A stretch of 61,136 nt of DNA, the filler included, from Bonamia ostreae (Eukaryota), in assembly GCA_040357525.1 (NCBI GenBank). It is 13 parts of 13 records of this genome, joined end to end, with 100 filler letters (N's around TTAATTAATTAA, not from the genome) between each part and the next. Parts side by side here need not be neighbours in the genome. Positions count along the whole stretch, not along the records: positions 9,510 to 14,159 come from JBDODL010000284.1; positions 14,260 to 18,901 come from JBDODL010000285.1; positions 19,002 to 23,634 come from JBDODL010000286.1; 10 more parts are not named here. The stretch is one strand, 5' to 3'. Below, in pieces: positions 10,917-22,190 of this stretch. How positions within the stretch are numbered: the stretch's first letter is position 1; the number at the start of each line of letters is the position of its first letter. The position numbers and the translations under genes are program-made. The notes beneath the pieces were generated by a model, which did not search any database, was not told where the DNA came from, and saw only the letters and a program-made list of their open reading frames with translations.

Positions 10917-12422
10917 TTAGCTTAATAAATGTTAATTTCGTATTTAAAAATGAATTTATTGCAGCGAAACTTCAAAATAAAGTGCTTTCTTCATGTTTTG
11001 GCAGTAATAACAAAATTTCAAGACATTTTTGATTTTCTATTTTGTCAAATTTGAAAACCGATTTCCGATTTGTTAATTTTAGTTTTGTTGTAAACGGCGA
11101 ATTTTCTTTGAAAACAGAAAAATTTATAATTTTTTCAGTTTTGTCGATTAATAATTTTGTGAATTTTGCGATGATTATTAAGAAATCAAAATGTGCGTTA
11201 AAATTTAGCAAGTTTGGACAAAAATAAAAAGTTTTTCGCAACAATTGTTTTTTGCGATTTTGCGATTTTTCGTCGATTTTTGCTTTTTTGTAAAAAAATG
11301 ATTTTTCCTTTTCGTCGCAAAAGTTTTTAATCAAATTTAAAATTGCTTTCTTTTCTATTTTTCTGTTGTTTTCTGTTGTTTTAATTATTTTAAGGAAAAT
11401 AAGAATATTTAAATTCTATTAAATAATAAAAACGTTTTAGATCGACAAAAAAATTTTTAAAACGGCAATCATCAATTTTTTTTAGTGCAAAAACAAATTT
11501 TTCGGAAAAAATGTCAAATTTTTGGAAAAACAATAGAATAACAAAATTCCTTTGCAGATTTGTAAAATTGGCCAACTTTTCAAAATTCGCCAAAAAACAA
11601 AACAATAAAACGATTTTTTTGTTAAAATCATTTCTTTGTACAAACATTCTATAAAATCGCTGAATTTTAATCAAAAATCGCCGTTTTCTGTTAATTTTCC
11701 CCCAAATTTGACTATTTTTAACAAAAATCGAAATTTTCTGCAATTTTATCAAAATTTTTTGAAATTTCTGCTTATTTTCTACAAATCTTAAAAAAATCTG
11801 CAATTTTCGAACATTTTTTGCAATTTTCAAACAATTTCCAGCAAATTTTTGTAATTGGAAAGTAATCCAAAACGCCATTATTTTCAACTTAAAAATTTTA
11901 AAAAGCGCTTTTCGAACAAAAACTAATATCCGTAAAATCATTTTTCTCATTTTAAAAAAAGTGTTTCTGTTGTTACAAACTTTCACAAAAACTTGTATTT
12001 TTAAGACTTTTAACTTTTTTGATCGGAAATATTTCATTTTTTTTATTCTAAATTTTTTGAAAAAACGAACGAAAGAAATTTTGGAGAGATTTTAACTGGA
12101 TTAATAATATTTGTGTTGTTAAAAAATGTGATTGTGAGATGTCATGTCTATTTTTTTAAAAAATTTAAGGCAAATTTCAAAAATGTATTTATTTATCGAC
12201 ATATTTATCAACACACCAAAACAATCTAAAATCAATAAAAATAAAAACTTTGAGCGATTTTTTTCCGCCAAAATTTGTTTATATTCTAAATTCGAGAGGA
12301 AAAGTTTTGTTTTGTGGGGGACCCCAAAAAGATTTTTTTCTAATTTGAAAAAAGGTCTAAAATCCAAATTTCTTTTTCTTGTTGTTTTTATGTCTTTTAT
12401 TTAAAATTCGATGTCATTTTTA

Positions 12423-13900
12423 TTCATTTTTGTCAAAAATTTAACCGAAAATTGGAAAAGACAATAAAAAAGTTTTTCTTTTGGTATCGCCAAATTTCCG
12501 AAGATTTGCCGATTTGCGATTTCTAAAATTTTCCAAAAAATTATCAAAAAAATCGATCGAGTCCATTTCGTTGTTGCAACCCGTTTTTTCGAAAAGTACT
12601 TTATTGTTACTAATTTTGTTCTTCTTTTCCGCTTTGGCAAAACAAAAAAAGGACCATGTTTGTGTTGAAGTCAAAACATCGTAGAATTCCTTATTTTTAA
12701 ATTTGTTTTTTTTATAAAAGACCACTTTATATTTTTCTTTTTTAGACGAAATGAATTTGTTTTTGTCGAAAACGATTTTGTTTTCTTCGATTTTGAAGGA
12801 ATCGCTGTAATTAAACAAAATTGTTCCCATGAACATTAAGAAACTTTCTTGTATCTGCGTTTTTAAAATACTTAATTTTGGCAACAATGATTTTTTCTAC
12901 GAAAATTCTTTTTCGCAACAATAATAAAGTTGTTTTTGGCAACAACAATAAAAAATGTTAATGCGATAAAATAATAACATTGCGAAATTTGCCTTTAAAT
13001 TTCTCTTTCTCAGAAATTCCGGCTTTTTCGGTTTTATTTGTTACAACAACTAATTTTTTGTTACCACTAAAATCTACACATTTTTCATTATCATTTTTAA
13101 AAGCTCTGTCATTTTTATATTTAGAGCGATCCACCAAAATTGGATATTTTAGAGCGCTTTTCGCTCTTAAATTTTTTAATAATGGCTTTGGAGATAATTT
13201 GTTATTAAAAGACGAAAATTTTCGATTGCCATCTTGCAATTTTCGAAATAACGCCATTTTTAATTTTTTTAAAGCTTGAATCGGCATTTGCGGGATCACA
13301 TAATTTTCCGGAAATATTATTTTATCGTTGTCGACATCTATTTTCACCGCCTTTATTTTGTTATTGTTACAAACAAAAACATTTTTTCGTCGGCCAAATA
13401 ATTTTTCGTCGTTGATACAAACGAGAAAAGGAACCGGCGCTTCTAAAAATCCTTCAATTTGGAGCACAGCAAAGGGATATAAACTCCTTGGTACTGCAAC
13501 GGAAATAAAAGAGATAGAAAAATCTCTGTTATTTCTAACAGAAAAGGAACACATTTCGAAAAGAAAATCAGATTTTGTTCGAGCAAAAGACAATTAAAAA
13601 TGGTCATTATGTTTTCGATCGAAACATATTTCAACAAAATCAGTTTCACGTTTGGAATTGGTATTTCCGTTGATGTTTGGCGTCTTAGAAGAATCGTTTT
13701 GTCGGCAATTATTACTTTGATATCAACTGCGTTTTTGGGAGGAACTGAAATTTACAGAGTGATTTAAAGTACCTGGGATTTCTGCGGCAACAAAGGTAAT
13801 GAGTCTTTCGACTTTTTGATAAAGAAAATAATTTTAAGAACTTGGAATTGGCGAATTTGAAAATTCGATTCTGTACAGAATTTTAAGGAATTTTAGAAAC
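12423..13900 (-). CDS. DENN-domain protein (Rab GEF), multi-exon, ends uncertain
   Basis: FNCLLLEQNLIFFS...LLFPLQYQGVYIPLL..KDF/LEAPVPFLVCI and dDENN-like FYDVLTSTQTWSFF. One apparent 1-nt frameshift in a T-run at ~13445. Confidence 0.8.
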
Positions 13901-13920
13901 GTTTCTTTAATATCGATAAG

Positions 13921-14159
13921 AAATTAATAAAAATCGATAAATTTGATCAAAATTAATAAAAAATCGATTAAAAATAATTAAAAAATCAATAAAAAATATT
14001 GATCAAAATTAATTAAAAAATCAGTAAAAATTAATAAAAATCGATAAATTTGATCAAAATTAATAAAAAATCGATTAAAAATAATTAAAAAATCAATAAA
14101 AAATATTGATCAAAATTAATTAAAAAATCAGTAAAAATTAATAAAAATCGATAAATTTG
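13921..14159. repeat. AT-rich tandem repeat (~108-bp unit, >2 copies) at a contig end
   Basis: aaattaataaaaatcgataaatttgatcaaaattaataaaaaatcgatt... is repeated. Confidence 0.85.
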
Positions 14160-14259
14160 NNNNNNNNNNNNNNNNNNNNNNNNNNNNNNNNNNNNNNNNN
14201 NNNTTAATTAATTAANNNNNNNNNNNNNNNNNNNNNNNNNNNNNNNNNNNNNNNNNNNN

Positions 14260-15628
14260 GAGCACGCCTGGCTGGTTGTCCTGGTACGTGGTGAAGTTCT
14301 CCGTCTTCTAGGTGGGGAGGGTCGTGTTACGGGGGATCAAGGTGGTCATGATTCCGCCCGCGGTCTCGATGCCGAGCGAAAGCGGCGTCACGTCGATGAG
14401 CAGCAAGTCGCTCGTCGCTTTCCCGCCAGTCCCGCTCAGAATCGCGGCCTGCACGGTGGCGCCATAGGCCACGGCTTCGTCGGGGTTGATCGAGTGGCAC
14501 GGCTCCTTCCCGTTGAAGAAGGACTTGATCATCTCCTGGATCTTCGGGATGCGCGTGCTGCCGCCGACTAACACGATCTCGTCCACGCGCGCCTTGTCCA
14601 CCTTCGAGTCGCGCAGCACTTGTTGGACTGGGCCGATGCACTTTGCAAAGTCTTCTTGGCACAGGTGCTCGAACTTGGCCCGAGTAATCGACGAGCTGAA
14701 GTCGATCCCGTCGTGGAGAGAGTCGATGTCGACGTGCGCCTGCTTGTTGGAGGAGAGGGTTTTCTTCATGGCCTCGCTCTGCGTTATCAGCTTCCGCATG
14801 GCTCGCTTGTCCTTCGTGATGTCCTTCTTGTGCTTGCGCTGGAACTCGGACGCGAGGTGGTTCACGATCTTCAGGTCGAAGTCCTGCCCGCCGAGGTGCG
14901 TGTCTCCGGCGGTGGCCTTCACCTCGAAGATCCCGTCGTCGATCGCGAGCAGAGACACGTCGAAAGTGCCTCCTCCCAGGTCGAAGATGAGCACGGTCTT
15001 CTCCTTGTCGCTCTTCTTGTCGAGCCCATAAGCGATCGCCGCCGCGGTCGGCTCGTTAATGATCCGCAGAACGTTGAGTCCTGCTATCTTCCCGGCGTCT
15101 TTTGTAGCCTTGCGCTGTTCGTCGTTGAAGTAGGCGGGCACCGTCACGACGGCGTTCTTCACCTCCTGGCCGATCTTCTTGCTGGCCACATCTTTCAAGT
15201 AGCCGAGCAACATGGCCGAGACCTGCTCCGCGCGGAACTGCTGCGTTTTCTTCTGGTGGTTCACCTCGATGACGGGCACGCCGTTCTTGGCCGCCACTTT
15301 GAAGGGCCATGTCTTCATGTCGTTTTGGACGTTCGGGTCGTTGAACGTCCTTCCGATGAGGCGCTTCGCGTCGTAGACGGTGTTGGACGGGTTGCGGTTC
15401 GCCTGGTTTTTGGCCGCGCGGCCGATGAGGCGCTCCTCCTCCGTGAAGGCGATGTACTGAATTTAAGGAGGAAAACAGAGGGCGTGGTGCGTTCTCCGAC
15501 GTCGTTCGCGATGATCTCGGGTTTGCCGTTGACAAAGTGCCCGACGCAGGAGTAAGTCGTCCCCAAGTCGATCCCGATGCCTTTAAATATTTGGGAAAAC
15601 AAGGTCCTTCTGCTTTTTTGTCAGTCAT
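14260..15628 (-). CDS. HSP70: Cytosolic Hsp70 (3' truncated by the contig end; one in-frame TAG at 14308-14310)
   Basis: Removing 20-nt introns 15581-15600 and 15457-15476 gives [23 protein letters not shown]...[18 protein letters not shown]. Also [34 protein letters not shown] and [11 protein letters not shown]. Confidence 0.97.
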
Positions 15629-15798
15629 TGGAAATTGCGAGAATGTTCTGAATGCTAATTTTTAGTGAGAGCTTTATGAAGGGTTTAGCTAATGTTTTTC
15701 GGGCGGCTAAATTTTATTCGATATATAGATTTTTTATTTAGCGAGAGAGCTTTAAAATTTTTTTGTTAAATCGCTTTCCTTAAGAATCTCGAATAGAA

Positions 15799-17683
15799 AT
15801 GTTTTTGTTCGGCAAAAGATTCTTTTCCGGCAGCGCCCTGCAACTCTCCATTGAAAAATTTGTTATTTGCCTAATTTTAGCAAAAAAACGTCTTCGAAGC
15901 CATCAACGTTGCAAGTCCGAAACGACTCAACGTCCTGAAGAGCTTCCAGAACTACGCTCTTCTCGAAGGGAGCTTGCCCGTGGGCTCCGTGGTCGAGTTT
16001 GCGGATGGAAGTTTTGGGATCGTCAACTTTGTCGTAAAAAAACGCGTCCTCGCTCTCACCTTTAATAGAAAGGTCCGAGAAGGCGCCGGAGCCACTGCTC
16101 TGCACAACCGCTTCTTGTTTAAGTTCGAGTTTTCTTCTTTCGGGAGCTGCGTCGACGTTCTCGGTCGCCCAGTTCTCGGCTCCGAACCGGCGAACCGACG
16201 GACGGCTCTCGCACAATTGCTGGAAGACAGGTTCGGCCACAAAAAGGTCTTTCTCGACGTCTCTGGAAGAGAGTGCGTGCCCTTCCTAAAGCGCGTGCGG
16301 CTCAAATCCGTTTACCGGTTCAGAGACCTATTGCTCGACAGTTTTTGCCCGGTGCCGTACGGCTCGAGCCTCGGGATCTTCGGGGACAGGTTCATTTTTA
16401 ATGTTTTCAAATAAGAAAACAAAATCAGAAAAATTGTTAATTTCAAATTCGTTTTTCGGAATTTTCAATTTCTTTTCATAAATCGCAAAAATCGCAAAAA
16501 TTAACAAAATCGCAAAAATGATAATTTCAATTTCTTTTCATAAGAATTTTAAATTCCAGAAACATCTCAATGGCCCGCGTACGCAAAATCCTCGCGACAA
16601 TCGCCAGGAACAACTGCAATCTGGAGTACAGATCCGAAGCCGGGCTCGGCGGAAGAAAGGCCGTCGTAGTGCTCGGCGTGTCCGATTACTCGAACAGCCA
16701 CATCAACCGGCTCCGGAGCGACTTTCTCCGCGCCGCCGGCTCGGACGCGCTGGCCATCGCGAGCGAGAGCACCGCCTCCCCGCTAGAAAAGGTCCTGGTG
16801 CCCCGGGCGGCCTTCGCGGTCGGCGAGTTCCTCAGCCACCACGGCTTCGACGCCTTCGTCGTCCTGGACGATCTGGCCATGCACAGCAAGCAGCGAAACG
16901 AGCTGCTCAGGTTCCTTTCTCCACGGCAGCAAGGCGGTGGGCGACACGAAGCAGACCAACATCTACGCGACGCTCCTCGCGAAGTGCGGCGTCTACGAGA
17001 CGGAGCACGGCGTCGGGTTCTAACCGCAAACCGTAGTTCGCTCACGGCCATCTGCGCCGCCTCGAAGAACGTCGTGGGGAAGACGAACAGGCTGTTCTAC
17101 GACGCCTGGGCCGACTTGGAGTCCAACTGCGACTCTTCGCTGCACTTGGACAAGATCTTCGTCGACACGGACCTCAACTCCGCAAGATTCGCCAAGTTTT
17201 AGTTCCAACCCAGTTTCGTGAGTCCGGCGGCGCGCCCGCACGTGCAGCGGATCGCCGACTACGTCTCGACCTACAAGAGCGTCGACAACGCGCTCAAGCT
17301 GCAGCAGAAAATGGGGCTGGACGAGATGGACATGATGGAGAAAGCGCGGCATCTGAGACGGCAAAGGAAGCTGTTGAGGATGATCAGCGACTTCGACGGC
17401 CTCGCGGAAGAGGAGTCCCTGGCGTTGCTGGTCTCCGTCGGAGCCACGGGGATTCTGGACAGTGTCGCCGAAGAACACGTGCTCGACTTCGGGAACGAGT
17501 TCTTAGCCGAACTGAGGTTTCTCTACAAAGCTTCGAAGGAAAAGTCGCGTTCCGGAGAAAACGAGGAACTTGATTCGCGCGGGAAAACAAATGCCTGCCT
17601 GCGTGTTGCAGGAAATCGCAGCGTTGGCCGATTATGTTTTGAAGGTGAAGCCGTATCTGAGAGGGTGGGCTTTAGTAAAATAA
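15799..17683 (+). CDS. Highly divergent F1-ATP synthase alpha-subunit homolog (~538 aa) with mitochondrial-type presequence and degenerate P-loop
   Basis: Six introns: 15862-15880, 16390-16559, 16911-16929, 17017-17036, 17196-17213 and 17517-17538. Colinear alpha motifs: VVEFADGSFG, VDVLGRPV, LDSFCPVPYG..LGIFGDR, AFAVGEFL, VVLDDL, LLAKCG, GSLTAI. N-terminus MFLFGKRFFS. Confidence 0.8.
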
Positions 17684-18287
17684 AAATTTTGTTTGAAGAA
17701 AAACAAATTTTGATTGTTTTATCGTCTCGAACATAAAATAATAAGAAGGACAAAATAAAACAATTCGAAGAAGGTGTCTGACAGTTTGGGTTAATTATAA
17801 CATTTACGTTTTCATCTTTTGTGCTTTTATTCGATATAGAATGCCTTTATCTTTTGTGCATTTTGTTCTTTTCATCTTTCATCTTGGAATAACATTGAGT
17901 CTTGTTAGGGATACCTCTTTAATCTAAAGGGTTTTTCCAATCAGTGGTCAATTTTTTTTGTGTATAATAAGTTGTTCAGTCTATTCATTTACAATCAACA
18001 TCACTTCTCCATTTTAACTTTCCAATCAAGTTCAACATTTTTTTTATCATTTCTGTAGTTTCGATAGTTAAATCAGTTTGGCATCTGTCTCATAAAAGAC
18101 TATTTCTCTTTCGGAAATAGTCTTTTCTTCTCATAATAGAGAATTCTGGCTTGATCACCGTTGAGACAGATCATTTTCAAAATTTCAATGTTTATTTTCC
18201 AATATAGAATAAATGTTATTTAATATTTTCATTTCAATATTATCTATGTTGTATCTATTAGGTATTAATTAATTGTATTGAACAGAA

Positions 18288-18576
18288 TTGCCAAATCCCA
18301 CAAATTTCAAGACTTATCCAAAATAATCTGTTCGGGATCACAAAAGTCTCCATTCTACGCATATTATCCAAAATCTTCAAAGCCAAAACACGGGGTAAAA
18401 TATATCCACCTCTGCTCCAATTTTATTTAATCTCGACAACTCAGCGCCGAAGTCAGCACCTGAACAGAAGCAATTGATCAACTCCAAATAATTTTGGATA
18501 AATTCAAAAATGAATGCAAACGTTTAGAACTGCGAATATCTACTGAAAACTAAGATAATGTTTTTTGGAATGAGAG
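18288..18576 (+). mobile_element. Degenerate non-LTR retrotransposon (LINE-type) reverse-transcriptase remnant
   Basis: Frameshifted pieces occur in the right order: SRLIQNNL..LSKIFKAKT / GVK / SAPILFNL / DQLQIILDKFKNECKRLELRISTE / TKIMFFG. These match LINE RT motifs (S..F.V.TGVKQG..L(S/A)P.LFN; LQ..L...GL.IS..KTKIM). The YADD segment is missing. Confidence 0.55.
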
Positions 18577-19000
18577 NNNNNNNNNNGTTAATTAAAAAAA
18601 AAATTGCAAAGGTTTTCAACTGCGATTTTATACTTAAATTTGTAATGTGCGGGTATAAAACTATTCTACTTACTCAATTATTGTACTTAATTTGGATTAA
18701 AATTTGACAAACTCCCTCTTTTAAGCTTCATTTCCACAAAATCTTACCCATTTTAAACACGACGGAAATAATAAAATTTTTAAAAAATCAGTTCATCTTT
18801 ATTTTGTAAATTTTCATTTGTGATCTTGAAATAATCGGAACTTAGTTTCATTGTTTGTAATTTTTACAATTTTTTTATTTTGAAGAAGATCATACAAACG
18901 ANNNNNNNNNNNNNNNNNNNNNNNNNNNNNNNNNNNNNNNNNNNNTTAATTAATTAANNNNNNNNNNNNNNNNNNNNNNNNNNNNNNNNNNNNNNNNNNN

Positions 19001-19768
19001 NAAAATTAAATCTGTGAGTAGACCTAAATTCCACTTAAATCCCCTCATTGTGATTTTAGTAGGTCCGTTCAACGGAATCACGCCGCAGTCGGGTCCAAAA
19101 AAATCAAAATCGATTATAATTTTGTGAATATGATTTCTTTCCAAAATTGTTAAATATTGTTTGTCGTTAACGATCGCAACTGTTGCAAATTTTCCAAGAC
19201 TCTTTTCATTTTTAGTAAAAAGAACTTTATATAAACTTTGTATGTTTCCCATCATTTGATAGATGTAACCACAATTCAAATTAAAAACTAAAATCTTCTT
19301 TTCTATCTATGAGAAATTGCAAAAAATGTAAATTCAAATTACTAAAAAGGAAATTAAACATTTGCAAAAATTCTAAAATCGAATAAAAAAATCAACAGGT
19401 TTTTCTGACTTAGAACAAATGAAACTCAAAGTTTTTTCAAAATCTGTTCTATTTGGATTCCCATCTTTTACTATTTTTGTGCCCTTAACACATTTTAGAA
19501 TTTAAACTTTTTTAGAAAAGTGATCTAGAACCCTTTTTTCGACTGAATCTAGGTCCCCCACAATATAATCTGGAATTCTTTTAGAGTTCGAGTCAAAAAT
19601 TAGATTGGCGCCACCGTCGGCCGCATAAATTTGACTTGCGTTTTCGCATAAATATTCAAGGAAAATCTTGCTACAATGATCTTCTTTAATGAATTTAGGA
19701 TCGTTATTTAATACGATCAACGTGTAGTCTTTAAATAGATGTCGCCTCAAAAGTTTGCAAAGTTTCAT
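19001..19768 (-). CDS. TPK1: Thiamine pyrophosphokinase (3' truncated)
   Basis: YAADGGAN, PDYIVGDLDS, DGNPNRTDFEKTL, GPDCGVIPL, TMRGFKWNL. Confidence 0.92.
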
Positions 19769-20066
19769 TTTAGCTTAATGAAACGGGCAATTAGTTTTCG
19801 TGATTATATTGCAAAAAGTTAAAATCCATATTTCGTTTTTGATTGAAATTTCGCATTTGATGGCTGAAAATATTTTTCGTTCTAAAATCTTTTCGCGGTT
19901 TGGAAATGGGTTTGTTATTGTAATTTTTAATTCCGTTACAAAATAATTTTTAATTATTGTGACTTGTTACAGTCCAATTTGTTATCGCTTTTAACGCAAT
20001 CAAATTAATATTTTTAGTAATTTTGTTTTCTGGTAAATAATTTACTAAAATAAGGAAGATATTTAT

Positions 20067-21074
20067 TCAATAATATAAGTATATCGATTTCGTATTCAAA
20101 CTATGATTAAGTTGAACAATTTTATTTATCGAAGAGCAAGATGTATTTTCGTTATATTTGTTCATCCTTAAAAAAGCAATTGATTGCATGTGACAACATA
20201 TTGTAAATTTTGTGCTTGGTAAAATTTTATCAGTATGATAATTATATCTATCAAAACTTCTCTTGAATAGTTTGTATGCAACTAAATTAACGAAATCAAA
20301 TAATTGTGTTTTAATTGTAGGATTTTCTTCGATTAATTTTTTGCCGGAACAAATAAAATTATCAAAAAAGTCTCTTTCAATTAATTTGTCGTATTCAGTT
20401 TTAAATTTTAATTCTGCTTTATTCAAGTCATCGTCAAACTCTAGATCTTCGTTAAATTTATGAAATCTATCGATTGAGTCCGAGGATGCATGATCAGATG
20501 ATAAAAATTTATCGATTAGTAATTGGACAAATTTAGAATTTTTGATCACAGGTTTATTCAATATCGGTAATTGTTTTATTGCTGTTCCTAGAGCTAATAC
20601 ATTTGTATCATTTGGAATTAAATGCTCTTCCATTGCTTTAGTCGCTTTTTCCACGTCATGCTTATTTGAAGATTTTCGAAAAACACCTTCTTCTGGATTT
20701 TCATAAATGAATGACATTGCGTAATCAAATTGTTCAATTTGTTCCTTGACAAATTCAATTTGTTCATTGACAGATTCAATTTGTTTCGCTTTTTTATATT
20801 GATATTCTTTCATCAAATTTAATAAAGCTATAGCGGTCAAAAGGATAAAAGAGAAGAGAATCATGAGAGAGAGAAAATATAAATTTCGATTAATAGTCAC
20901 TTCAAATGCAATCCCATTTAAAATCAATAGAAGAACAATAAAACAGATTGTTATCTAGAGCAAAAATTAGTAAAATTAATAATTTTAATTTGTTAATTCA
21001 AGGTGAAAAACAATTGTGATTTTGTTGATTTTGTTGCTTCTAGAGCTATTATTTGACAAATGCTTTGATTCCAT
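20067..21074 (-). CDS. Hypothetical membrane protein
   Basis: Long ORF with hydrophobic segments near the N-terminus (LYFLSLMILFSFILLTAIALL). Start and exon 1 are uncertain. Confidence 0.45.
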
Positions 21075-22190
21075 GATTTTGGTTTTTTCCAAAAACTATT
21101 AGGATTGAATTAACAAAACTTTTTTTTGAGTAGCAATATTGAGTTCCATAGATTTAAAAACTAAATTTTGGTTGGTTTTTCAAGTAACCGGCACATAAAT
21201 TTATTAACAAAAAATTAATGCTCTTTTTAAAACCAAGTTCATTTCTTCAGTTGAACTTTGAATTTCGATTTTAAAATTTTATTGTTTATTTTAGTCTCGA
21301 GAAGGAGACTAAACAAGATCGCCCACATGAACTCGAACATCAAAGGACGAAATCATTCTTCATTTTCCAATCGATAAAAAAATTTTGCAGACAATAAAAA
21401 ATTTCCAATCGATAAATTTCACCACAAGAAATATAGAGGTACCAAAAGAAGTTCTGATGATTTTAAATTTTGGATAACATAGAAATAACGGGAAAAATCA
21501 CGTACTATTTTGCAAAAATGGGGGATCGAAAGACTACATTTATTTTAATTTTTACGTTGTTTTGGGAACGACTGATTTGTTTACGTAATTTAATTTCACG
21601 TTTAATATTTTTGTTGCAACAGAAATTCACATTTTTAACAGGGCATGATTTTTTAATAGTTTTAAGTAGAAATTTTTTTTATAAATTTTGTTAATGTCAT
21701 TGTTTTATTCAATAAGTTGTTTTTCCAAAAGACGATTATATTGTTTTTGATCCAACTTATTCCAAATAAAAACGTTTTTAATTATAGATAAAAAGGTATT
21801 GTCAAAAACAAAAAAAATAACTAAAAATATAAATGTAAAAAATCTACCAAAAATATCATCTAAAAATAAAGGTGGGCTCTCCATTTTAAAATTTATATTT
21901 TGTAATTGACGAAAAAGTGTTTGATAGGGATAAAGTCCCTATGTCATTGGCGATTATTTTTCTAAGATATCGAAAAATATAAAAAATGAAATCATTAAAT
22001 GGGCATGAAAAAAATAATTTACTAAAGAAAATAATTTATCTTACTTTAAAAATATTTTAATAACAGATCAAATACCTCAAACCAAAAAAATTATTCTTTG
22101 TCAAGATTTAAGTCGACCCCAATTCTGACAGGCGCCACAATTTCATATCTTTTAAACATTTCTGATATAATAGCAAGCTAAAGTTTAAAA

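Noticed and set aside
10972-12400. K/F/I-rich ORFs with one IQ-like motif (IKIQRFYRMF)
   Set aside because: Low-complexity AT-driven sequence. I could not build a reliable gene model or decide whether it continues the DENN gene.
13440-13450. Frameshift in the DENN gene (KDF/LEAP) as programmed frameshifting
   Set aside because: One extra T in a 5-T run restores the frame, so a homopolymer error is the simplest explanation. Needs a read check.
14327-15555. Long antisense and alternate-frame ORFs over Hsp70 (311 aa, 181 aa and others)
   Set aside because: This is the known shadow-ORF effect of GC3-rich Hsp70 codon usage. No independent motifs.
14260-17683. Bacterial or host contamination explaining the GC-rich contig
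   Set aside because: Both genes carry the same 18-22-nt GTT..AG introns as the AT-rich contigs.
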